Assembly: GCA_949948745.1 (NCBI GenBank)
Contig: CATLHA010000002.1
Location: 11,195-75,194, forward strand
DNA from: an uncultured Bacillales bacterium
GTDB taxonomy: Bacteria > Bacillota_I > Bacilli_A > RF39 > UBA660
Direction: 5' to 3'
DNA length: 64,000 bases
In this document: one piece after another, positions 9,250 through 18,118 of the stretch
Layout of the letters: each line of letters begins with the position of its first letter
Numbering within the stretch: position 1 is the first letter of the stretch
The notes under the pieces: model-generated
Database searches by the model: none
Told to the model about the DNA's origin: nothing
What the model saw: only the letters and a program-made list of their open reading frames with translations
Made by a program: the position numbers and the translations under genes

Positions 9250-10728
9250 TTACTTATTTCCATATTTTTCTTCAAAATATCTAGCTATTGGTTCAATCGT
9301 TATGTCAAAACCACATAGCTTTTCTATAATTTCATTAGAAGTATAGGCACCACCATTTTGATGAATATTCTTTATTAAATAATCTGTAATTTCTTGAACA
9401 CGCCCTTCTTTTAAAAGAAAATCGATATCTCCTAAATCTCTTTTTATCGCATCTAAGAACATTCCATCATAAATAGATCCTAATAAATAGGAAGGAAAAT
9501 ATCCAAAATCTCCTTCAGACCAATGTACATCCTGCATAAATCCATCAATATCATTTTCTACATCTACATTTAAATATTCCTTCATTTTCTTTTTCCATAC
9601 AGAAGGAATTTCTTCTACAGTAAGATTTCCATTAAACAAATCTCGTTCTATTTCATATCTTAAAATAATATGCATGCAATAAGTAAGTTCATCTGCTTCT
9701 ACTCGAATAAGTCCAGGGTTAGGACAATTTAAAAACTTTATAAACTGATCTAAATCGATAGTTAAATGTAACATTTCCTTTACCTTATCATAAATAGGAA
9801 TCCAAAAATTTTTATTTCTTCCTAAAATATTTTCATAAAATCTAGATTGACTCTCATGTAAAGCATATAAATGATTTAATGGAGAATTCTCGTATTTCGT
9901 TAAACTTTCCTTCATATTTTGTTCAAAGATTCCATGTCCACCTTCATGAATTACAGTAGTAACAAAATCAATTGGATCCTCGGTATGTCTAAAAGTAATT
10001 CGAATATCATTAGGCCCTAATTTTTCAGTAAAACCATGAGGATAAATTCCAAGAGCTCCTCGATTCATATCAAAACCAATGTATTTTAACAGGTACTCCG
10101 CACACTCTATTAATTCAGAATCACGACAAGTAACCTTTGGCACATTAGAAAAAACAGTAGTTTTTGGAATTAAAGGTAAAATCCTCTTTTTTAATTCTTC
10201 AAATAAAGGATCAATTTGCTTACTGGTAACACCCATCTCGTAACTATCTAGCATAACATCATATAAATTACTAGTCTCACTATCTATATAACGATAACAT
10301 TTCTTAGTCATTTCAACAATTTGTTTAAAATAAGGAAAGAATAAAGAAGAGTCATTCTTCTCTTTTGCTTCTCTCCAAGCAATATTTGATTTATTTTTAA
10401 GTTCTGCATATTCAATATAAAAATCAGAAGGAATTTTTTTATCTTCATTATATCTTTTTAATAAATCCAAGATATATCTTTGTTCAGGAACCTCTATTTC
10501 TTGAAATTCTATAGATTCCACTATTTCTTGAAGTAATATCCCATATTTAGTAGATGTCTTCATTTGAAATAATTCATTTTCATATTTGGTAATTAAATGA
10601 ATTAAATCTTCTTCGGATTTTTTAGGTGCAGATATTCTTAACTCCCATTCTAAAAGATTTATTGTATATTGAAGACTTAATATTTCTTGTTCATATTTTA
10701 ATAACTGTTCTATTTTTTTCATCAGCAA
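9250..10728 (-). CDS. carboxypeptidase Taq (M32) family metallopeptidase
   Basis: HEGGHGIFEQ (HExxH) plus the downstream HESQSRFYEN motif, both typical of M32; 492 aa. Confidence 0.8.
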   Translation of the reverse strand: MLMKKIEQLLKYEQEILSLQYTINLLEWELRISAPKKSEEDLIHLITKYENELFQMKTSTKYGILLQEIVESIEFQEIEVPEQRYILDLLKRYNEDKKIPSDFYIEYAELKNKSNIAWREAKEKNDSSLFFPYFKQIVEMTKKCYRYIDSETSNLYDVMLDSYEMGVTSKQIDPLFEELKKRILPLIPKTTVFSNVPKVTCRDSELIECAEYLLKYIGFDMNRGALGIYPHGFTEKLGPNDIRITFRHTEDPIDFVTTVIHEGGHGIFEQNMKESLTKYENSPLNHLYALHESQSRFYENILGRNKNFWIPIYDKVKEMLHLTIDLDQFIKFLNCPNPGLIRVEADELTYCMHIILRYEIERDLFNGNLTVEEIPSVWKKKMKEYLNVDVENDIDGFMQDVHWSEGDFGYFPSYLLGSIYDGMFLDAIKRDLGDIDFLLKEGRVQEITDYLIKNIHQNGGAYTSNEIIEKLCGFDITIEPIARYFEEKYGNK

Positions 10729-10742
10729 AATCCCCTCCTAAA

Positions 10743-11342
10743 TTATAATTTTTCGTTATTGGAAATAATTTTTCCATCTCCATTTTCTATCGCAATCACT
10801 GGATATTTACTTGTCTTCATATATTCTAAAATATGTTCTTTTCTCTTATTAGCATGAGGAATAATAATAGAATCAATAAATCCTAATCCACTAAAGTCAG
10901 TTAACCCAACAATATTTTCATCAAAACCAAGCGCAGCATCAATACTTTTAGCGATTACTTCACTTCCAGCACTAGAGCCAATATAGACAATTCCCTCATT
11001 AATTACGTCTTTTAAAATCTGATCAAAATGATATTCTCTAATTTTAGACATTAAATAAAAAGTATTACCACCCATCATATAGATAACATCAAAATGATGA
11101 ACATCAATTTCTTGTCCAATTTTATATTCTACAATATGTTCCTTTAATATTCCTAAATCTAATATTGTTTGATATTCTTCATCTACCCAAGATAAGTCAG
11201 AATCTCGTTCTCCATCAACCGCTGTTGTAATATAAAGCATATGAATATCCTTCGGTTCTTTATCAAATAACTTTAAAGTATCTTTCTTTAGTTTTTCGTT
11301 AATAACACCACATGCAGTTAAAACTAATTTCATATAACTCAC
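10743..11342 (-). CDS. peptidase E-like (S51 family) dipeptidase
   Basis: GGNTFYL and GSSAGS motifs. Confidence 0.65.
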   Translation of the reverse strand: MSYMKLVLTACGVINEKLKKDTLKLFDKEPKDIHMLYITTAVDGERDSDLSWVDEEYQTILDLGILKEHIVEYKIGQEIDVHHFDVIYMMGGNTFYLMSKIREYHFDQILKDVINEGIVYIGSSAGSEVIAKSIDAALGFDENIVGLTDFSGLGFIDSIIIPHANKRKEHILEYMKTSKYPVIAIENGDGKIISNNEKL

Positions 11343-11345
11343 CTT

Positions 11346-11882
11346 TTAATCAATATCTTTTAAAATTTCATTTAAAATCTCATATTCCCTATGATGTGGA
11401 ATAATCTCATTATTCTTAATAAATCCATCAAGTTCATTTTTTGTACACCACTTAGCTTCACTAACTTCCTCTTCTTGAAGTTTAATAGAATGAATATCAA
11501 TATCATCATAAATCACAAAACAAGAAACAAATTCATTACTAATAATTCCATGATCACAAAACATTTCTTTAACAACTTCAAAAACTTTAAAATCATATTT
11601 CGAAGAATCTAATCCAAGTTCTTCTTCTAATTCTCTTTTCGCACTAGTAACAACATCTTCCCCGCTACTAATATGTCCACCTACCGCAATATCCCACATA
11701 TTTGGATATAAATCTTTTCTTTCACATCTTTTTTGTAACAATGTTTTTGTACAATCTTTATTTACAATTAAAATATGAATTGAAGAATGCCATATTCCCT
11801 TCTTATGTGCTTCCTTTTTACTAATTACTTTTCCTGTTAGTTTTCCTGTTTCACCATCAAGTACATCAATCATTTCTTCCAT
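11346..11882 (-). CDS. Nudix hydrolase
   Basis: Nudix box GGHISSGEDVVTSAKRELEEELGL. Confidence 0.8.
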   Translation of the reverse strand: MEEMIDVLDGETGKLTGKVISKKEAHKKGIWHSSIHILIVNKDCTKTLLQKRCERKDLYPNMWDIAVGGHISSGEDVVTSAKRELEEELGLDSSKYDFKVFEVVKEMFCDHGIISNEFVSCFVIYDDIDIHSIKLQEEEVSEAKWCTKNELDGFIKNNEIIPHHREYEILNEILKDID

Positions 11883-11896
11883 TAAAATACCTCCAC

Positions 11897-12316
11897 CTAA
11901 ACTTTATCAAAATAAGTAATTCTTCTTTCATTTACATCATCTTCAATCGCATCTCTTAAAAGCTTACGTACCTTAGAAGCATCAGTTAAATGACGTAAAT
12001 ATATTTTCATCCCAGAACGTTCACTACTACTATGAGTATCTACTGTAACACTAATTGTTCCAACATGAATCATTCTCTCAATTAAAGTTTCTGTTAAATC
12101 AGGATCTTTCAAAGTATATAGTTCAAAAGAATTGCTCTTTCGCTTAAAAAATCCAGTTGTCACAATTAATTCATCCTTTGTTATTTGATACTTTGTAAAA
12201 TTTAAATGAATTAAAGTCAAAAATCTCTCCCAAAGACCATTAGGAACTCCTTCCCATAAAATTTCAAAATCTATTTCATCTAGCTTTTCTTTTTTCATAA
12301 ATACACCTCTATTCAT
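11897..12316 (-). CDS. bacterial PH (bPH_2/YdbT-like) domain protein, tentative
   Basis: ~130 aa with TKDELIVTTGFFKRKSNSFELYTLKD...IHVGTISV, the bPH_2 pattern. Confidence 0.35.
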   Translation of the reverse strand: MNRGVFMKKEKLDEIDFEILWEGVPNGLWERFLTLIHLNFTKYQITKDELIVTTGFFKRKSNSFELYTLKDPDLTETLIERMIHVGTISVTVDTHSSSERSGMKIYLRHLTDASKVRKLLRDAIEDDVNERRITYFDKV

Positions 12317-12373
12317 TAAAATAATTTTATCATAAATAAAGAAAAAGAGAAATTCTTTTAACGAATCTCTCTA

Positions 12374-12592
12374 CTAAGCCTTTTCTCCAACACGACTAAG
12401 CAACTGATTTACAATATCCATATTAGTAACCATTTCTAAATTGTCCATCTCTACAACACAAAAAATAAGCTGAAATGGTTGAAATAAACTAGATAACATC
12501 AAATAATTACTATCTCCTATTGAAATCACTTGAGTAACTAAATATTCTTTTTCTTGAAAAATTACTGTATCTCCTGCTTCATATTTTGCCAT
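12374..12592 (-). CDS. small hypothetical protein (72 aa)
   Basis: ORF with an SD-like context between two genes. Confidence 0.4.
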   Translation of the reverse strand: MAKYEAGDTVIFQEKEYLVTQVISIGDSNYLMLSSLFQPFQLIFCVVEMDNLEMVTNMDIVNQLLSRVGEKA

Positions 12593-12598
12593 ATTCTT

Positions 12599-13924
12599 TT
12601 ATCCTTTCTGTTTAGTAGCATTCCATAACCTCTTCCACATTTTATCTGTAGAATAATTTAAGATTCCTACTTTATAAATTCTAAATCCATACTTAATCAT
12701 AATCCAAATCGTAATAATTAAAAATAACACTGAAATTAGGACATCAAAAATACCAATTTGTCCTATCACAAGTAATGCTGGTGAAAGTAAACAAGAAATA
12801 AAAGGAACATAAGATAACACTCGAATAAAAATAGAACCATTAAATACTCCAGCCATAATAGACAAATAATATCCAAGTAAACATACCATCATAATAGGTG
12901 TTTGGATTTGTTGAAAATCTTCCATATTTACAGTCATAGAAGCTAAAATTCCCGCAATTAAAGAATATGCGATAAATGACAAAATCATAAGAACTAAAGC
13001 AGAGATTATAATTTCTGGAAGTCGATCCATAATTCCCATCTGCCCTAAACTATTCCATATATCATTAAAAGTACTAGTAAGAGAACTAGAACTTGTACTT
13101 GTACCAAAAAGAGTTTTAACAAGTAATCCAATTCCACCATAAATAAGAAGAAGTGCTCCTTGCATTAAAACAAAGACATTAGATGCTAACACTTTAGAAA
13201 AGAAATGTGTCTTTGGACTAACATTAGAAATAATGATTTCCATACTTTTTGTAGTCTTTTCTTCATTAATTTCCGTACCAATCATTTGTACTAAAAAGAT
13301 AACTAACATAAAAAATGGTAAGATTACTGTCGGAAAAACAGTACCCATAATTAAAGACATAGCTTCATCATCAGTTTTTGCCTCAGTATCTAAAATTAAT
13401 CGTTCTATCTCAACATTAGAAGTAATCTTCTGTAATTGAATAGGATCAATATTAGCATATTTCATCGCAACTTGTGCCTTCGTTTGATTCAAAGCTTGTA
13501 CAAGTAATTGATAAGACATCGTATCAATCTTAGTATCAGAAATAATTTTTGCTTTCATATAAACATCATTATCTTTTTCTAAAACAATTCCTATCTTATC
13601 ATTTTCTTTTAATTCTTCTTTTAACTTATCTAAATTACCAGAATAAACTTCAACTGAAATATCATTATCTAAATCTAAAGTTTCTTTAGAAAAAGTTAAG
13701 TTTTGTTCAAATATTTCTTTACTTTCTTTTGTTTCATCTAATAATACAATCTCTATATCTGATGAAAAATCTCCACCAAAGAAACTAATAATACTATCCA
13801 TATTTATAATACCAACAAGAACTACCAAAAGTAATAAATTCGCAAATAAAAACCATTTTGTTTTTACTTTTTTATTTAAACTTTGCTTTGTCAAAAACCA
13901 AAATTTACTCGTCATATGCTTCAC
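12599..13924 (-). CDS. ABC-2 type transporter permease
   Basis: N-terminal TM, large extracytoplasmic loop and a C-terminal cluster of 5-6 TM helices; overlaps the ATPase gene. Confidence 0.65.
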   Translation of the reverse strand: MKHMTSKFWFLTKQSLNKKVKTKWFLFANLLLLVVLVGIINMDSIISFFGGDFSSDIEIVLLDETKESKEIFEQNLTFSKETLDLDNDISVEVYSGNLDKLKEELKENDKIGIVLEKDNDVYMKAKIISDTKIDTMSYQLLVQALNQTKAQVAMKYANIDPIQLQKITSNVEIERLILDTEAKTDDEAMSLIMGTVFPTVILPFFMLVIFLVQMIGTEINEEKTTKSMEIIISNVSPKTHFFSKVLASNVFVLMQGALLLIYGGIGLLVKTLFGTSTSSSSLTSTFNDIWNSLGQMGIMDRLPEIIISALVLMILSFIAYSLIAGILASMTVNMEDFQQIQTPIMMVCLLGYYLSIMAGVFNGSIFIRVLSYVPFISCLLSPALLVIGQIGIFDVLISVLFLIITIWIMIKYGFRIYKVGILNYSTDKMWKRLWNATKQKG

Positions 13925-14801
13925 CTACTTTTTCGATAAAAATCTCATTTAAACTAGCCTCTTCTACAACAAATTTCGTAATTCTGCTCTTACTAATTGC
14001 CTGAAAAACTTTCTCTACAATTGCATCACTTTCTATTTTTACTTGATATTCTTGGTTTAATAAAGTAACATCAAGTACACCTTTTATTTTTTTAAGCTCA
14101 GAAACAGAGACATCTCCTTCAATCAGAATATTTTTCTTCCGATATTCTTTTTTGATATCTTTTAAATATCCACTAAGAACCACTTTTCCTTTGACTAAGA
14201 TAACAAGCTTCTCACAAAATAATTCAATATGTTCCATTTGATGAGATGAAAAAATAATAGAACATCCTTTACTTTTTAAATCCAAAATTACTTCTTGAAA
14301 CATTTTAACATTAATTGGATCAAGTCCAGAAAATGGTTCATCTAAAATTAATAATTGAGGAGAATGAATCACTCCAGAAATAAATTGAATTTTTTGTTGA
14401 TTCCCTTTAGAAAGCTCTTTGATTTTTCGATTCTTATATTCTGAAATATGAAATTTTTCCAACCATATATCAAGTTTTTCTAAAATATCTTCTTCTACCA
14501 TTCCCTTTAATATTCCATAATAGATAATTTGTTCTTTTACAGTAAGTTTTGTAAGTAAACTTCTCTCTTCTGTAACAAATCCTATTTTATCAGTCATCGT
14601 ATAATCAATTGGTTTTTCATCAAATGTAATATTTCCTTGATTTGGTTCAAGTAAACCCATAATCATACGAAAAGTAGTTGTTTTACCTGCACCATTCGCT
14701 CCTAAAAGTCCAAAAATTTCTCCTTGGTTAACTTCAAAGGATAAATGATCTACAGCTAAATGAGAACCATAATACTTAGTGACATCTTTTACCTTTAACA
14801 T
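13905..14801 (-). CDS. ABC transporter ATP-binding protein
   Basis: Walker A GANGAGKTT, signature LSKGNQQK and Walker B LLILDE. The start is set at ATG 14801 (AAGGAGGG SD) rather than the track's 14864. Confidence 0.8.
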   Translation of the reverse strand: MLKVKDVTKYYGSHLAVDHLSFEVNQGEIFGLLGANGAGKTTTFRMIMGLLEPNQGNITFDEKPIDYTMTDKIGFVTEERSLLTKLTVKEQIIYYGILKGMVEEDILEKLDIWLEKFHISEYKNRKIKELSKGNQQKIQFISGVIHSPQLLILDEPFSGLDPINVKMFQEVILDLKSKGCSIIFSSHQMEHIELFCEKLVILVKGKVVLSGYLKDIKKEYRKKNILIEGDVSVSELKKIKGVLDVTLLNQEYQVKIESDAIVEKVFQAISKSRITKFVVEEASLNEIFIEKVGEAYDE

Positions 14802-14894
14802 GACGCCCTCCTTTATCATCTTATTCTTATATATAATATACCACAAATAAAGAAAAAAAGACAATTTTACAAAAAAAAGATACCATAAAGGTAT

Positions 14895-15464
14895 CTATTT
14901 ACAAACTGCACCTACTTGTTGTTCATATAAAGCTTTCATATCAGAAACTAATACTTTTCCGTTCTTAATAAGAGTTGCATTCTCTTTATTAATTTCTATC
15001 ATTTTTTCTGTATCAATTTTCGCATAATTGATATTTACTGTACTTGTTAATGTATTTCCATTAATTTTAACATCATAATCATAAAATTCAATATCCTGAT
15101 ATGGTTCATATCCACGAATTAATAAATTACGATATTGTTGTAAATACTCCTCATTATTAGTCATTAATTTTTCCACAGTATGAACCTCTTCAGCATAAAT
15201 TCCATCATGAAATACTTGATAAGTAAAATCAGCTTGAACACCAGTAGTCACTGTTCCAGATTTCGTACAAGTCAATACTTTTCTAGAATCATTTTTATTA
15301 TCATTGGTAGTATCAGAATTAGAATCTTTATCTTGAATATTATCTAAAATACTATCTTTTTCATTTAAATGTCCACCTAATTTTTGATTATTATTATCAG
15401 AACATCCTGTAACTGCAAATACACATAAAATTAACAATACTGATATTTTGAAAGTTTTTTTCAT
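14895..15464 (-). CDS. lipoprotein, function unknown
   Basis: Signal peptide with lipobox LILCVFAVTGC; SD TAGGAG before MKKTFK. Confidence 0.6.
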   Translation of the reverse strand: MKKTFKISVLLILCVFAVTGCSDNNNQKLGGHLNEKDSILDNIQDKDSNSDTTNDNKNDSRKVLTCTKSGTVTTGVQADFTYQVFHDGIYAEEVHTVEKLMTNNEEYLQQYRNLLIRGYEPYQDIEFYDYDVKINGNTLTSTVNINYAKIDTEKMIEINKENATLIKNGKVLVSDMKALYEQQVGAVCK

Positions 15465-15472
15465 ATTTTCTC

Positions 15473-16639
15473 CTATTCTACTTTTGTTCCACAATTACTA
15501 CAGAAGTTTCCTGTAACTGGATTTCCACAATTACTACAGAATTTAGGTTTTACTTCTTGATTTTCTGGAGCCTCTACTGAAGGAGATGCTTCCGTATTCA
15601 CAGCAGCAGGTTGTTGTTGATATGGATCTACTGCTTGGAAAGTTTGATTAGGAGCCGCATTTTGGAATGGAGCATTTACTGCACCACCAACCATTCCGCC
15701 ACTTGCCATATTCATCATGCCAACACCAACAAAGCCAGTTCCTGCACCATTTTCGTTTTTAGCAGCATCCTGAACAGCATTTGCATAAGCACCAACAAGA
15801 GCACCTTGTTGCATCATAGAATTACTTGATAATTCATAATTATCAATCTTCTTATTAGATTCTTCATCTAATGAAACACTTTCAACAACGAAACCACGTA
15901 ATTTTAAACCTCTTTCACGAATTGGTTGGTCAAATACTTTTTCATCCATTGTTGTCTTAATTTCATCAGTACGACTAGGAAGTTCCATAACTGGTACCTT
16001 ATGAACAGAAGAACCAAGTTCATTTAATACGTTTTGGAAAGATCCAATTACTTCTGCTCTCATTTGATCTGTAATTTGATCAACTCTATATTCATCTCCT
16101 GCACCAGCTACATTTTGCATAAACACAACTGGATCTCCTACTGAGAATGTATAAGTTCCATAACAACGTACTTCTACTCTCATTGGAGAATATGTTCCCG
16201 TCATCTGATTTGGAATTGGATGAGACCAATCTTGAAATACAATTGGAGTTGCAGTACCAAACTTATTTCCTAAAATTTCAGTCATATTAAAGAAATATAC
16301 AGCTTGCCCTTTTGCAGGTGTTCCATTATACTTGAATCTTTGCCACATTTCCTTAAATACTGCTCCAAACTGCCCACCAAAGAATGATGGTGATGAAGAT
16401 TGATCAAACTCGTAAGCACCACTCTCTGCAGTAGCATCTACAATCATACCTGAATCTAAGATAACTGCCATTTGTCCAGGCGCTACAATTATTCTACTTC
16501 CTTTTGAAATTTGTCCAGTAGGAGTTGTTACTTTTTTCATAAGTAATTCATTTCCCATATTTTCACATTGAATCAAATCTTGCCATTGATCATGTAAAGT
16601 TCCTCCAACAGACTGAACCATTGATTTAATTAAACCCAT
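15473..16639 (-). CDS. SPFH/Band-7-like (YdjI-type) protein with C-terminal zinc ribbon, tentative
   Basis: N-terminus MGLIKSMVQSVGGTLHDQWQD resembles the Band_7_1 family; C-terminal CSNCGNPVTGNFCSNCG. Confidence 0.4.
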   Translation of the reverse strand: MGLIKSMVQSVGGTLHDQWQDLIQCENMGNELLMKKVTTPTGQISKGSRIIVAPGQMAVILDSGMIVDATAESGAYEFDQSSSPSFFGGQFGAVFKEMWQRFKYNGTPAKGQAVYFFNMTEILGNKFGTATPIVFQDWSHPIPNQMTGTYSPMRVEVRCYGTYTFSVGDPVVFMQNVAGAGDEYRVDQITDQMRAEVIGSFQNVLNELGSSVHKVPVMELPSRTDEIKTTMDEKVFDQPIRERGLKLRGFVVESVSLDEESNKKIDNYELSSNSMMQQGALVGAYANAVQDAAKNENGAGTGFVGVGMMNMASGGMVGGAVNAPFQNAAPNQTFQAVDPYQQQPAAVNTEASPSVEAPENQEVKPKFCSNCGNPVTGNFCSNCGTKVE

Positions 16640-16787
16640 TCTAATACCTCCTAATATGAATAGTTTATAAATATCTGTGAGTTTTTCTTCTTCTACTAAC
16701 GAAGTCTACCCTACTTCATTATATCATTAAATAAAAGAAAAAAAAGTAAAAAACAAAAATTAGACAAATATTTTATCGAATATTTTA

Positions 16788-17558
16788 TCAATCTTCTTTT
16801 ACATCAATTATTTTGAAACATTTTACTAAAGAAGCAATTTGAAAATAAATTCCACTTTTACAATAAGGACATGATTTTTTTTCTAAACTCTCAATAGGAC
16901 CTCCACATGAAGGACAAGTAAGTCCAAGTACTCTCATATCAAACCCAGCTTTTTTAACATCATATATATATACAAAAGTTGTAAAATACCTAGTCTGTTT
17001 TTTATCTTCTGTTGAAATAATCTTTTTAAAATCTTTTGATTCTTCATAATAATATTCTAAAGAACTAGATACTACTAACTTAATAATCCCATTTTTATTC
17101 TCGTAAGATTTTATTCCATGTTTATGAAAATTGATATCTCCATAATGTTTACTAATATGAGCATCTTTTAAATTTTCAATTTGAAAAAAGATTTTATCTC
17201 GTATTAGTATATATTCATCAGAATCCAAATAACTACTTTCCTTTTCTTCGATACATTTTAATACTGTACGAATACATCTTTCTGTTTGATTATAAAATTC
17301 TTCCTCCTGAAAATCTTTAAAATCTTCTAAGATTTTTGGTTTTAAAATAGGAGTCATTCCTGATACTTGCTTTGGTTTTTTATTATTTAACTTTTCTTGT
17401 CTTTTAGCTTCTTCATATATTTGACGCAAATTCTTGTTCTTAAAACCATATTTATTTAACATCATACGAAACCATAGATAGATTAAAAATATTATAAATA
17501 GAATTCCAAGTACAACCCCTAAAAATGAAATAATTAGTGTCTTCATAAGTTTTATCAC
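16788..17558 (-). CDS. membrane-anchored protein with C-terminal zinc ribbon
   Basis: N-terminal TM helix; CPSCGGP...CPYCKSG. Confidence 0.5.
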   Translation of the reverse strand: MIKLMKTLIISFLGVVLGILFIIFLIYLWFRMMLNKYGFKNKNLRQIYEEAKRQEKLNNKKPKQVSGMTPILKPKILEDFKDFQEEEFYNQTERCIRTVLKCIEEKESSYLDSDEYILIRDKIFFQIENLKDAHISKHYGDINFHKHGIKSYENKNGIIKLVVSSSLEYYYEESKDFKKIISTEDKKQTRYFTTFVYIYDVKKAGFDMRVLGLTCPSCGGPIESLEKKSCPYCKSGIYFQIASLVKCFKIIDVKED

Positions 17559-17648
17559 CTTCTATTATAAATATAACACAAGAAAAAGAAAAAAACATAG
17601 AAATACTTTTTTCGTACTCCTATGTTTCTATCAATTAAAATTAATTTT

Positions 17649-18026
17649 TTAAATTTTCCCAATTTTTATTACACCACTTGTTAGAGAATGAAGAAGTTTT
17701 TTCGCTTTGTTTGGTTTATTTTCATCATCTTTATGTTCTTCTTGATATTGTCTCAATGATTGTAATTTTTCCAAACGACTTTGTCTAAGATTAGCTAAGG
17801 CTTCCTTATGTTGAGTTTCACTAACTTTATCAATGAATTGACAATTTTCAGTAATATGTACACCCGCATAATCTTCAGCTTGAATTAAGCTATCAATATC
17901 AAGTTCTCCTCCATTTACTGAACACCAATACATGTCTTCAATATTACACACTTTTTCTAATACTAAATGGTAAACACCACCTCTTAGATAAATATCACCA
18001 ACTTGGACATTTTTAATATAACCCAT
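17649..18026 (-). CDS. hypothetical protein (125 aa)
   Basis: ORF only. Confidence 0.4.
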   Translation of the reverse strand: MGYIKNVQVGDIYLRGGVYHLVLEKVCNIEDMYWCSVNGGELDIDSLIQAEDYAGVHITENCQFIDKVSETQHKEALANLRQSRLEKLQSLRQYQEEHKDDENKPNKAKKLLHSLTSGVIKIGKI

Positions 18027-18061
18027 AAATATCCCCCTTTCCTTTAAAAATGCCTATATTA

Positions 18062-18110
18062 TACCACAAAAAAAACGAAAGTAAATCTTTTTCTTCACTT
18101 TTCGTTTTTT
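18062..18110 (-). terminator. intrinsic terminator downstream of pheT
   Basis: AAACGAAAAGT...ACTTTCGTTT hairpin followed by a T-run. Confidence 0.5.
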
Positions 18111-18118
18111 AATAAGTT

